From contig CAVSZB010000005.1 in assembly GCA_963732385.1 (NCBI GenBank), positions 256,001 to 320,000 on the forward strand: 64,000 nucleotides of DNA. Direction: 5' to 3'. The translations under genes and the position numbers were made by a program. The notes under the pieces were generated by a model. The model saw nothing but the letters and a program-made list of their open reading frames with translations. It made no database searches and had not been told where the DNA came from. Shown piece by piece: positions 55,224 to 64,000 of the stretch (positions within the stretch are counted from its first letter, which is position 1; each line of letters opens with the position of its first letter). This DNA comes from an uncultured bacterium (GTDB taxonomy: Bacteria > Krumholzibacteriota > Krumholzibacteriia > LZORAL124-64-63).

Positions 55224-55949
55224 TCAGGCCCGGCGTTCGGGGAGGCGAGCCATCAACTCTTCCATCAGTTCCATCTGGATCTGCTGGATCTCGACCAGGT
55301 GCACCCACTGGTGGCTGAGCAGCTGGTCCATCTTGGAGTTGAGATAGCGCACCTCGATCTCGGCCTTGAGATTCGTGCGATAGTCCTGCTCCGCGCGCAG
55401 CCGGTCGCGCGCCTCCTGGCGTTTCTGGCTCATCATGATCACCGGCGCCTGCAGGGCGGCGATGCACGACAGCACCAGATTGAGCAGGATGAAGGGGAAG
55501 TGGTCGAACGGCCTCCAGAGCAGTTGGACCGAATTGACGATCATCCAGGCGACAAGCAGACCGAGGAAGACGATGATGAAGGTCCAGCTGCCGCCGACGG
55601 AGGCCAGCCGGTCCGCGATCCGCTCGCCGAAGGTGATCCGCTGCTCGAACTCGAGATTGATGTTCTGCGCCACCGTCTCCTGGTCGCGCAGGCTCTGCAG
55701 GATCTCCTGATCGATTTCGGAAACGGCGCCGCGCTCGCTGGCGAGCGAGTCCTGCACATACGCATAGCGGTAGCGGTTCAGATCGTTCAGGCAGATGAAG
55801 TGACCAGGTCCGAAATCGGGGTGGTCGCGGGCAATCAGCAGCCGCACGCTGGGCCGGATCACTTCGGCCGGCATGCCCTCGCCGGGCGTGTACGACTTGC
55901 CGCAGATCGCACACGTGAGCGGAATACTCATCCGACCGGGACGGGACAT
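55224..55949 (-). CDS. DUF1003 membrane protein
   Basis: GERIAD...GGSWTFI, PFD.FPFILLNL.LS..AALQAPVIMMSQ.RQ..RDR; N-terminal CAIC. Confidence 0.9.
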   Translation of the reverse strand: MSRPGRMSIPLTCAICGKSYTPGEGMPAEVIRPSVRLLIARDHPDFGPGHFICLNDLNRYRYAYVQDSLASERGAVSEIDQEILQSLRDQETVAQNINLEFEQRITFGERIADRLASVGGSWTFIIVFLGLLVAWMIVNSVQLLWRPFDHFPFILLNLVLSCIAALQAPVIMMSQKRQEARDRLRAEQDYRTNLKAEIEVRYLNSKMDQLLSHQWVHLVEIQQIQMELMEELMARLPERRA

Positions 55950-56100
55950 GGGCCGACCTCCGGGAGGCGGGTGAACGGGGCCAGCATAGCCGCCCGAAGG
56001 GCCGGCGACAACGCTTGGGCCGCGGCGCTGGCCGTGCTAGACTACCGCCTTCGCCCCGGACATCCCGGGTGCCTGGTCAGGTCACGCCGGGAGGAACCGC

Positions 56101-56514
56101 ATGCGCGCCACCATACGCGAAATCGACTACTGGTTCGTCACCGTGCCCGACCAGCCTGGGGAGGGGGCCCGCGTGCTCGGCATGCTCGCCGAAGCGGGGG
56201 TGTCGCTCCTGGCCTTCAGCGCCGCTCCGCACGGGCCTGGCGTGGAACAGATCATCCTCGTCCCCGAGAACGAAGAGGATCTCGCCCGCGCGCTCGACCG
56301 TGACGGTTACACGCTCACCGGCCCGCAGACCGCATTCCTGATCCAGGGCGAGGACCACATCGGCGCCCTGCTCGACGTGCACCGCAAGCTGTTCGAAGCG
56401 CGGGTCAACATCCAATCCAGCACCGGCGTCACCGACGGCCGCGGCGGCTTCGGCTACGTCCTCTACCTCCGCCCGGAGGACGTGCGCAGCGCCGCCGACG
56501 CACTCGGCGTCTGA
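56101..56514 (+). CDS. Tandem ACT-domain protein
   Basis: VPDQPGEGARVL..LAEAGVSL; GEDHIGALLDVH.KL.EARVNI. Confidence 0.7.
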   Translation: MRATIREIDYWFVTVPDQPGEGARVLGMLAEAGVSLLAFSAAPHGPGVEQIILVPENEEDLARALDRDGYTLTGPQTAFLIQGEDHIGALLDVHRKLFEARVNIQSSTGVTDGRGGFGYVLYLRPEDVRSAADALGV

Positions 56515-56678
56515 TCTCCCCCCACCTCCCGGCTACAGTATTTCGGACGGCCTGCCGATAATCCCGCTATCTCCTATCTTGTTTCTGGGAGATCCCGGTC
56601 TTAAGTTTACTGCGCGTCCGGAGCGCCCCCTGCGTCCGCGAATCCCGGCGCGCACCTCGTCAATCGGGAGGGCCGAAA

Positions 56679-57050
56679 ATGAATCACCTGCTCAAATCCG
56701 CATCTGCCCTGGTTTGGGCCGGCGTCCTGGCGTTTCCCCTGACCGCCGGCGCCACCAGCGGCTACCGGGACAGCTGGCTGAGCACGTATCCCGCTGCCTG
56801 CCAGACCCTGCGGACGGCCGCCACGAGCTGCGTCCTCTGCCACACCTCGGTCCCCGACCTGAACCTGTACGGCATCACCATTCTGGGCCACCGCACCACC
56901 ATGACGGCCACCAACGAGATCGATTCCGACGGCGATGGCAAGACGAACATCATCGAGATCAACGCCTGCTTCTTCCCCGGCGACCCGCTGTCGACCCCCG
57001 TCCCCAACGACGAACAGACCTGGGGTCTGATCAAGTCGCTGTACCGATAG
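56679..57050 (+). CDS. Small secreted CxxCH (putative monoheme cytochrome c) protein with DSDGDG motif and TWGLIKSLYR tail
   Basis: Signal peptide; SCVLCH; LNLYG; DSDGDGKTN..EI...FPGD; C-terminal tail. Confidence 0.75.
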   Translation: MNHLLKSASALVWAGVLAFPLTAGATSGYRDSWLSTYPAACQTLRTAATSCVLCHTSVPDLNLYGITILGHRTTMTATNEIDSDGDGKTNIIEINACFFPGDPLSTPVPNDEQTWGLIKSLYR

Positions 57051-57240
57051 CGAGCCGAGAACGCAAGCCAGCGGCCGCCTTTCCGAGGAAGGGCGACCGT
57101 GGGGCCTGTCGCGGACGACGCAGGGGACCGTAGGGCGTGGGGCGCCCCGCGCCTGTCCACGCTTTCCCTTCCGTGCTATGCTCTACCAGCACCTGGGAAT
57201 CGCCTCTTTCGCCCGTCATGTCGCGCGCAAGGAGGACGCC

Positions 57241-57939
57241 ATGAGCAACCTGCCGATCGAGCACCTTATCCAGCGTCAGATCCACCACTGGAACCGGTAT
57301 CGCGAACTGCTCGGGCTCGCGGAGGCTCCGGAGCAGGTTCGGCCGCGTCCGATCGTCACCATCTCGCGCCAGCTCGGCAGCGGCGGGCGGGTGCTGGCGG
57401 AGGCGCTGGCGCGACGGCTCGACCTGCAGATCCACGGCTACTCGCTCATCGACGAGATCGCCCGACGCCACGATCTCGAGCGACGTTTCGTGGCGCAGCT
57501 CGACGAGCGCACCCGCTCGGAAATCGCGCTGTGGGTGCGCGGCGTGCTGGAACGCCGCAACTTCACCAGCGACCAGTACCTCGCTTCGCTGGTGCGGATC
57601 GTGCGCACTCTTGCCGCACACGGCGGCGTCCTGTTCGTCGGCCGCGGCGCGCATCTGATCCTGGGGGGGCTGTGCGCGATCCGCCTGCGCGTGACCGCCC
57701 CGGTCGAGGCGCGGGTGCGCGCGGTCATGTGCTACGAGAACCTCGACGCCGCGGCCGCCCGCGAGCGCGTGGCGGCGTCCGACGAGGAACGCGACCGGTT
57801 CCTGCGCAAGCTGTTCAAGGTCGAGCCGGACGACCCGCGACAGTACGATCTCATTCTCAACACCGACAACCTGCCACCGCACGAGCTCGTCGGCATCGCC
57901 ATGACCGCGCTGGAGGCGCGAGGCACTTTCCGCGAGTGA
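57241..57939 (+). CDS. Cytidylate kinase-like family protein
   Basis: SD AAGGAGG; IVTISRQLGSGG, VGRGA, D.ER..F, YDLILNT. Confidence 0.85.
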   Translation: MSNLPIEHLIQRQIHHWNRYRELLGLAEAPEQVRPRPIVTISRQLGSGGRVLAEALARRLDLQIHGYSLIDEIARRHDLERRFVAQLDERTRSEIALWVRGVLERRNFTSDQYLASLVRIVRTLAAHGGVLFVGRGAHLILGGLCAIRLRVTAPVEARVRAVMCYENLDAAAARERVAASDEERDRFLRKLFKVEPDDPRQYDLILNTDNLPPHELVGIAMTALEARGTFRE

Positions 57940-58107
57940 GGCTCGAATCGCCATGGCGCCGCGCGCGGGCTCCCGCTTCCTTTCCCCTTGTTCGTGGTCT
58001 ATTGTGGCCCGTGTCCGCCCCGCCCGGAGGGTGCGCGGGTCGGCGTGGTATGCGGCGCGACCGGTCTTTCCGCCCGAAGATCGGCCCTCCGTACATCCGA
58101 AGGAGCG

Positions 58108-60198
58108 ATGAACATGATCGGTCGCGGCATGAAGACCGCCTGCCTGGTGGCGGGCCTCGCGATGACGCTGGGTTTCGCGGATATGGCGCGGTCGGACGAG
58201 GGGATGTGGCCGTACGACCACGCGCCGATGGAACAGATCCGGCAGACGTACGGGTTCGCGCCGTCGCAGGCGTGGCTCGACCACCTGCGGCTGGCGAGCG
58301 TCGATCCAGGGGCGAGCGCGGCGTTCGTTTCGCCGGACGGCCTGATCCTCACCAACCACCACGTGGCGCTGTCGTCGGTGCAGCGCGTGTCGACGCCGGA
58401 GCACAACTACGTACAGAACGGCTTCTTCGCGGCCACGTCGGAGCAGGAGATCCCGCTGCCGGGCAACACGCTCAAGGTCCTGGTGTCGATCGAGGAGGTG
58501 GCGGCGCGGGTGAAGGCCGGCGTCAGGCCGGACATGAGCCCGGCGCAGGCCAGGGCGGCGCGGGAGGCGGCGATCACGAACATCGAGGCGGAATGCCTGA
58601 AACAGACCGGTCTCAAGGGCGAGGTCGTGGCGCTGTACGGCGGCGCCCATCACGATCTCTACCGCTACAAGGAGTACACGGACGTCCGTCTGGTCTTCGT
58701 GCCGGAGTTGCAGGCGGCGTTCTTCGGCGGCGACTGGGACAACTTCTGCTATCCGCGGTGGGACCTCGATATCGCTTTCCTGCGGGCGTACGAGAACGGC
58801 AAGCCGGCGCGCGTGGAGCACTGGCTACGGATCAATCCCGCGGGGACTCGTGACGGCGACGTGATCTTCGTGTCGGGCAATCCGGGACGCACGCAGCGCC
58901 TGAAGACGCTGGCCAGCCTGGAATACGGCCGCGATCTCACCTATCCGGAGCGGCTGGCGCGCACGCAGCATCAGCGCGAGGTCCTGCGCCGCTACATGGC
59001 CCTCGGCGAAGAACAGGCGCGTCGCGCGCGCACGCTCGACTATTTCTACGGCAACACCCTCAAGCGCCTGGAAGGCGAGCTGGGCGGTCTGCGCGAACCG
59101 CGGCTGATGGCGACCAAGCGGGCCGATGAACAGGCGCTGCGCGCCGCGGTGGCGACCGACGAGCAGCTGGAGGCGCGCTACGGCGGCGCCTGGGAACGGG
59201 CGGCCGCGGCCTACGCCTGGGCGGCGGCGCACGACGCCGACCGGCTCTACCGCAGCGAAATGCCGGGCAGCAGGTTCTTCGGCACGGCGCTCGGCCTGGT
59301 CCGCCTCCAGGCCGAGGCCGGCAAGAACGACGTGGATCGCCTGCCGGGCTACCACGAGAGCGAACTGCCCGACCTGCTGCGCCGACTGGGCAGCCCGGCG
59401 CCGGTCTACAAGGACATGGAAGAGGTCATGGCGGCCGACGCCTTCGCGCGGCTGCGAAACGGCCTTGGCGCCGAAGACCCGTTCGTGCAGGCGGTCCTGC
59501 AGGGACGCTCGCCGGCGGAAGCGGCGGCGTTCTACCTCCAGGGCACACGCCTCGACGATGTGGCCGTGCGCCGGGAACTGGCGCAGGACAACGGGAAAGC
59601 GGTGACCGGCAGCGACGACGTGCTCCTGGCGCTCGCCCGGCGTCTCGATCCGCTGCTGCGCGGGCAGGAGAAGGCCTTCCGCGAGAACGTGCGCGCCGTG
59701 GAGGAGTCGGCCGAGACAGACATCGCGCAGGCACGTTTCGCAGTGTACGGCGACAAGGCGTATCCGGACGCCACCGGCACGCTGCGCTTCGGCTTCGGCA
59801 GGGTGGCCGGCTACCCGTCGGCCACGACCCTGGTGCCGCCGTTCACGACCTGGTACGGCCTCTACGATCGGGCGCTCTCGTTCGGCGATCAGGGCGACTT
59901 CGCGCTCACCGCGAACCAGCGCACGCGGCGTGACCGTCTCGACCTCGGCGGCGTGCTCGACCTGGCCTGCACGGCTGACATCACCGGCGGCAACTCCGGC
60001 AGTCCGATCGTCGACCGCGACGGCCGCCTGGTCGGCGTCGCATTCGACGGCAACCAGACCAGCCACGCCAACCAGTTCGTCTACGACGAGACGGAGGCGC
60101 GCTGCATCTGCGTCGATGTACGGGGGATCCTGCAGGCGCTCGGCAATCTATACGACGCCCAACCACTCGTGGACGAGCTGCTGGCGGGCGCGCGGTGA
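58108..60198 (+). CDS. S46-family dipeptidyl peptidase (DPP7-like)
   Basis: DEGMW, TNHHVA, FFGGD.DNF.YPR, YPDATGTLR, DITGGNSGSP, AFDGN (Gly at the S1 position). Confidence 0.92.
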   Translation: MNMIGRGMKTACLVAGLAMTLGFADMARSDEGMWPYDHAPMEQIRQTYGFAPSQAWLDHLRLASVDPGASAAFVSPDGLILTNHHVALSSVQRVSTPEHNYVQNGFFAATSEQEIPLPGNTLKVLVSIEEVAARVKAGVRPDMSPAQARAAREAAITNIEAECLKQTGLKGEVVALYGGAHHDLYRYKEYTDVRLVFVPELQAAFFGGDWDNFCYPRWDLDIAFLRAYENGKPARVEHWLRINPAGTRDGDVIFVSGNPGRTQRLKTLASLEYGRDLTYPERLARTQHQREVLRRYMALGEEQARRARTLDYFYGNTLKRLEGELGGLREPRLMATKRADEQALRAAVATDEQLEARYGGAWERAAAAYAWAAAHDADRLYRSEMPGSRFFGTALGLVRLQAEAGKNDVDRLPGYHESELPDLLRRLGSPAPVYKDMEEVMAADAFARLRNGLGAEDPFVQAVLQGRSPAEAAAFYLQGTRLDDVAVRRELAQDNGKAVTGSDDVLLALARRLDPLLRGQEKAFRENVRAVEESAETDIAQARFAVYGDKAYPDATGTLRFGFGRVAGYPSATTLVPPFTTWYGLYDRALSFGDQGDFALTANQRTRRDRLDLGGVLDLACTADITGGNSGSPIVDRDGRLVGVAFDGNQTSHANQFVYDETEARCICVDVRGILQALGNLYDAQPLVDELLAGAR

Positions 60199-61490
60199 CC
60201 TCCGCGCCACGACCGACCCGCTCTCCCTGGGCCTTCGTCCCCACCCTCTACTTCGCCGAGGGGATGCCGTATGTGCTGGTCAACAGCGTGTCGGTCATCC
60301 TCTACAAGCGGCTGGGGGTGACCAACGCGGCGATCGCCTTCTGGACCAGTCTGCTCTACCTGCCGTGGGTCCTCAAGATGCTCTGGGGCCCGCTCGTGGA
60401 CCAGCGAGGCACGAAGCGGGCCTGGATCCTCGCCACCCAGCTCGCCCTGACCGCCTGCCTGGCGGCCCTCGCGGCAGCGATCGGCCTGCCCGGCTTCTTC
60501 GCGGCGACTCTGGCCGTGTTCACGCTCGCGGCGCTCGTATCGGCCACGCACGACATCGCCGCCGACGGCTTCTACCTCCTGGCGCTCGACGACCGTCGGC
60601 AGGCCCTGTTCGTCGGCGTGCGCACGCTGTTCTACCGCGCGGCGATGATCTTCGGCTCCGGCCTGCTGGTGACCCTGGCGGGCCGCCTCGAACGCGGGGC
60701 GGGCGGTGTGCCGCGCGCCTGGACCACCGCCTTCGCCCTCGCCGCGGCGCTGTACGGCGGCCTGTGGTTCTACCACCGCGCGGCTCTGCCGCGCCCCGAC
60801 GCCGACCGGCCGTCGGGCGATCCGCGCGCAAGCGGGGCCTGCGCCGGCGCGCACTGGCGCACGGTTTTCGGCTCCTGGTTCGGGCAGCCGCGCATCGCGG
60901 CGATCGTGGCGTTCATCCTGCTCTTCCGGCTCGGCGAAGCGATGCTGCTGAAGCTCGCCTCCCCCTTCCTGCTCGACAGCCGCGAGGCGGGCGGGCTCGG
61001 ACTCACCACCGCGCAGGTGGGGGTGGCGTACGGCACCGTGGGGCTGGGTTGCCTGATCCTGGGCGGAATCGCGGGCGGCTGGCTGATCGCGCGGTTCGGG
61101 CTGCGCCGGATGCTCTGGCCGCTCGCGCTCACCCTCAACCTCCCGCACGCCGCCTATCTCTACCTCGCCCACGCCCAGCCGGGGCCGGCGCTGGCCTACC
61201 CGCTCGTGGCCCTGGAGCAACTCGGCTACGGACTCGGCTCGACCGCGTTCATGGTGTACCTGATGCAGGTCTCGCGGGGCGAGCACCGCACGTCGCACTT
61301 CGCCATCGCCACCGGCCTGATGGCGCTGGGCATGATGCTGCCGGGCATGGTCAGCGGCGCGATCCAGGAGGCGATCGGCTACCGCGCCTTCTTCCTGCTC
61401 GTGCTGGCGCTCGGCCTGCCGGGCCTGGCCACGCTGCCGCTGCTGCCGCGGCTCGCCGACGAAGGGAACGGGGATCCGGTTCCCCGTTGA
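60195..61490 (+). CDS. AmpG-like MFS transporter
   Basis: PWAFVPTLYFAEG.PY, LPWVLK.LW.PLVD, SATHDIAADG. Confidence 0.85.
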   Translation: MTSAPRPTRSPWAFVPTLYFAEGMPYVLVNSVSVILYKRLGVTNAAIAFWTSLLYLPWVLKMLWGPLVDQRGTKRAWILATQLALTACLAALAAAIGLPGFFAATLAVFTLAALVSATHDIAADGFYLLALDDRRQALFVGVRTLFYRAAMIFGSGLLVTLAGRLERGAGGVPRAWTTAFALAAALYGGLWFYHRAALPRPDADRPSGDPRASGACAGAHWRTVFGSWFGQPRIAAIVAFILLFRLGEAMLLKLASPFLLDSREAGGLGLTTAQVGVAYGTVGLGCLILGGIAGGWLIARFGLRRMLWPLALTLNLPHAAYLYLAHAQPGPALAYPLVALEQLGYGLGSTAFMVYLMQVSRGEHRTSHFAIATGLMALGMMLPGMVSGAIQEAIGYRAFFLLVLALGLPGLATLPLLPRLADEGNGDPVPR

Positions 61491-61529
61491 TCCGGCGCCC
61501 TGAAATTCTTTCGCGTGGGAGATGACCCG

Positions 61530-63038
61530 ATGCCCAATCCGCTGTTCGCGCGCAAGCCGCTGGCGTTGCTGGTCGAGGAGGCGCGCGGCGAGCAGCGCCT
61601 GCGCCGCGTGCTCGGCCCCTGGACGCTGACAGCGCTCGGCGTGGGCGCCATCGTCGGCACCGGCATCTTCATCCTGACCGGCGTGGCGGCGCACGACAAG
61701 ACCGGCCCGGCGCTGATCCTGTCGTTCATGGTCGCGGGGCTGGCCTGCGTGCTGGCGGCGCTGTGCTACGCCGAGTTCGCCTCCATGGCGCCGGTGGCCG
61801 GTTCGGCCTACACCTACGCCTACGCCACCCTCGGCGAGCTGCTGGCCTGGATCATCGGCTGGGACCTGGTGCTCGAGTATACGGTGGCCGCGGCCGCCGT
61901 GGCGCACGGCTGGTCGGCGCACTTCCGCGACCTGCTGCACAGCTTCGGCGTCTACATACCGGCCGCGCTCGGCAACGCACCGTTCGATTTCGATCCGGCC
62001 GCCGCGCGCTTCGTCGCCACGGGCGCCGTGCTCGACCTGCCGGCCATCGCGATCGTGGCGACACTCACCTTCGTGCTCGTGCGCGGGATCCGCGAGAGCG
62101 CCCGCTTCAACGCGGTCATGGTGGCCTTGAAGCTGGCGGTCATCCTGTTCGTGATCGGGGTTGGCGCGTTCTACGTGGACCCGGCGAACTGGCGCCCGTT
62201 CGCGCCTTTCGGCTACTCCGGAATCGCCGTCTTCGGCAAAACGCTCTTCGGCCAGACCGGCCCCGACGGCGCGCCGGTCGGCGTACTCGCCGGCGCGGCG
62301 ATCATGTTCTTCGCCTACCTCGGCTTCGATGCCGTCTCGACCCAGGCGGAGGAGACCCGCCGCCCGCAGCGCGACGTGCCGCTGGCCATCATCGCCTCGC
62401 TGCTGGTCTGCACCGTCCTCTACATCGCCGTCGCGGCCGTGCTGACCGGCATGGTGCCCTGCAGCCAGCTCGACATCAACGCCCCCGTCGCCGACGCCTT
62501 CGCGCAGCGCGGACTGCCCTGGGCGCGTCGGCTGATCGACGTCGGCGCGCTGACCGGCATCACCTCGGTGCTGCTCGTGCAACTGCTCGCCCAGCCCCGC
62601 ATCCTGATGGCGATGGGACGTGACGGCCTGATTCCGCCCCGTCTCTTCGCCGCCGTGCACGAGCGTTACGGCACGCCGTGGAAGGGCACGATCGTGACCG
62701 CGTGCGTGGTCGCCGCCCTCGCCTCGCTGCTTCCACTGCGGCTCCTCGCGGAGCTGACCAACATCGGCACCCTGTTCGCCTTCGTGATCGTCTGCGGCGC
62801 GGTGCTCGTGATGCGCCGCCTCGACCCGCGCGCGCCGCGCCCGTTCCGCGTCCCTTTGGTGCCGTTCGTGCCGATCCTCGGCATTCTCATCTGTCTGCTG
62901 CTGATGCTCGCCCTGCCGGCCGAGAACTGGCTGCGGCTGATCGTCTGGCTGGCGGTCGGACTGGCGATCTATTTCGGCTACGGGCGGAAACGGAGCGTGC
63001 TGGCGAGAATGCGGGCGCAGGACACGGCCGGGCGCTGA
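61530..63038 (+). CDS. APC-family amino acid permease
   Basis: GAIVGTGIF, CYAEFAS..PVAGSAY, FFAYLGFDAVST.AEE, TNIGTLFAF. Confidence 0.92.
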   Translation: MPNPLFARKPLALLVEEARGEQRLRRVLGPWTLTALGVGAIVGTGIFILTGVAAHDKTGPALILSFMVAGLACVLAALCYAEFASMAPVAGSAYTYAYATLGELLAWIIGWDLVLEYTVAAAAVAHGWSAHFRDLLHSFGVYIPAALGNAPFDFDPAAARFVATGAVLDLPAIAIVATLTFVLVRGIRESARFNAVMVALKLAVILFVIGVGAFYVDPANWRPFAPFGYSGIAVFGKTLFGQTGPDGAPVGVLAGAAIMFFAYLGFDAVSTQAEETRRPQRDVPLAIIASLLVCTVLYIAVAAVLTGMVPCSQLDINAPVADAFAQRGLPWARRLIDVGALTGITSVLLVQLLAQPRILMAMGRDGLIPPRLFAAVHERYGTPWKGTIVTACVVAALASLLPLRLLAELTNIGTLFAFVIVCGAVLVMRRLDPRAPRPFRVPLVPFVPILGILICLLLMLALPAENWLRLIVWLAVGLAIYFGYGRKRSVLARMRAQDTAGR

Positions 63039-63104
63039 CGGGGTAGGGGGCCGTCTTGGCTGGCCCCTGGACTTCGGCTCAGCCTCGATACCACCCGACA
63101 GCGC

Positions 63105-64000
63105 TCAGGCCGGCTCAGCGGGCGGCAACGCGGTCATGCCGTCACGCGGTCGCAGCCAGTTGTTGACGCGGATCGCGTCATCGATCTTGTAGCGGCAACG
63201 TCCGCAGAACTCCAGCTCCACCCGCCCGTTCGCCGGGAAACGACGCCGCAGGTCACGCGCCCGCTCTCCGCGCCATACCTCACGGAACGAAGCGGCCGTG
63301 AAGACATTGCCCAGGGCATGGCCGAGGGCGTGATCGCACTCGCACGCCAGCAGCGTGCCGTCGTGCCGGAGCGTGGGCCAGGACCACGGTTTGAGGCAGA
63401 TGTTGGGCAGGGCTGCGTACCGCATGGACTCTGCTGCCCCCTGGTACTGGAAGGAACGCAGTTCGCGCCGGTTCGGCAGCGCCGCGTGCTCCGGATCGTC
63501 GCTGTCGTAGAGACTGACGCTCTTGACGGAGAACAGGTCGGCGCCGACTTCGCGGGCGAAGGCGTGCGCACGCTCGATCTCCGGCTCGCTGGCGCGCGTG
63601 GCGATCACCCGGACGTTGAGCAGGGGGCGGCTCGCGCCGGCCTGCGCGTCGCGCAGACGGACCGCCTCCGCGATGAATGCACGCGCCGCGGCCGCGCTGC
63701 CCCCCTCGCGGAAGCTGTGGTAGACCTCCTCCGTCATCCCGTCCAGCGCCAGAATCACCATATCGAGACCCGCGGCGAACAGCTCGGCCAGACGCCCGGT
63801 CCCGGGATCGGTCTGCCCGTTGGTGGCCAGCAGGGTCAGGATGCCGTGGCGCTTCGCGAGCGCCACCATCTCGGGCAGCCGGGGATGGAGCAGCGGCTCG
63901 CCCCACTGCCAGAAGGCGATCGCGAGCAGCCGGGGCCCGACCTCAGCGAGCAGCTTCGCGTAAGCCTCGAACGGCATGAGACCGTCGTCCAGGCTCCCGT
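63105..64000 (-). CDS. Radical SAM protein with SPASM/Twitch domain, 5' end outside the window
   Basis: WGEPLLHP, TNG, LDG; CLKPW...DG...ACECD...LGNV...WRG...CGRC; the frame stays open to the edge. Confidence 0.82.
   Translation of the reverse strand, partial: GSLDDGLMPFEAYAKLLAEVGPRLLAIAFWQWGEPLLHPRLPEMVALAKRHGILTLLATNGQTDPGTGRLAELFAAGLDMVILALDGMTEEVYHSFREGGSAAAARAFIAEAVRLRDAQAGASRPLLNVRVIATRASEPEIERAHAFAREVGADLFSVKSVSLYDSDDPEHAALPNRRELRSFQYQGAAESMRYAALPNICLKPWSWPTLRHDGTLLACECDHALGHALGNVFTAASFREVWRGERARDLRRRFPANGRVELEFCGRCRYKIDDAIRVNNWLRPRDGMTALPPAEPA

Overview
GC-rich bacterial chromosomal window with about 47 protein-coding genes. I see no rRNA, intact tRNA, CRISPR array, integrase or transposase. 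Secreted proteins end either in FlgD-Ig/T9SS-like C-terminal domains or in a short WG.IK..YR tail, which points to an FCB-related uncultivated lineage such as Krumholzibacteriota/Latescibacterota/Eisenbacteria (inference). The left 13.6 kb is accessory-like: large repeat-built surface proteins, GT-C-like membrane proteins, a duplicated ~60-bp upstream element, a dif-like site, an inverted-repeat-flanked gene, a decayed tRNA-Asn-like relic, and then a frameshifted L,D-transpeptidase. The rest carries a peptide/amino-acid catabolism toolkit (M29, M3, M14 and S46 peptidases, HypD with its activase, GDH, APC permease), an arsenic cluster (acr3, arsR, arsP, thioredoxin-like, arsF, arsG), metF and dinB. 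Two candidate uncharacterised systems stand out. (1) gdh is followed by two translationally coupled PEP-synthase-N-like ATP-grasp proteins, one fused to a GAF-like sensor and a Pol-beta nucleotidyltransferase, facing a metallophosphoesterase: a possible covalent-modification switch for GDH. (2) A lysine 2,3-aminomutase with two DDL-like ATP-grasp ligases and a GNAT runs into an MBOAT/SGNH pair: possible beta-lysine peptide biosynthesis. All assignments come from reading motifs by eye; no searches were run.
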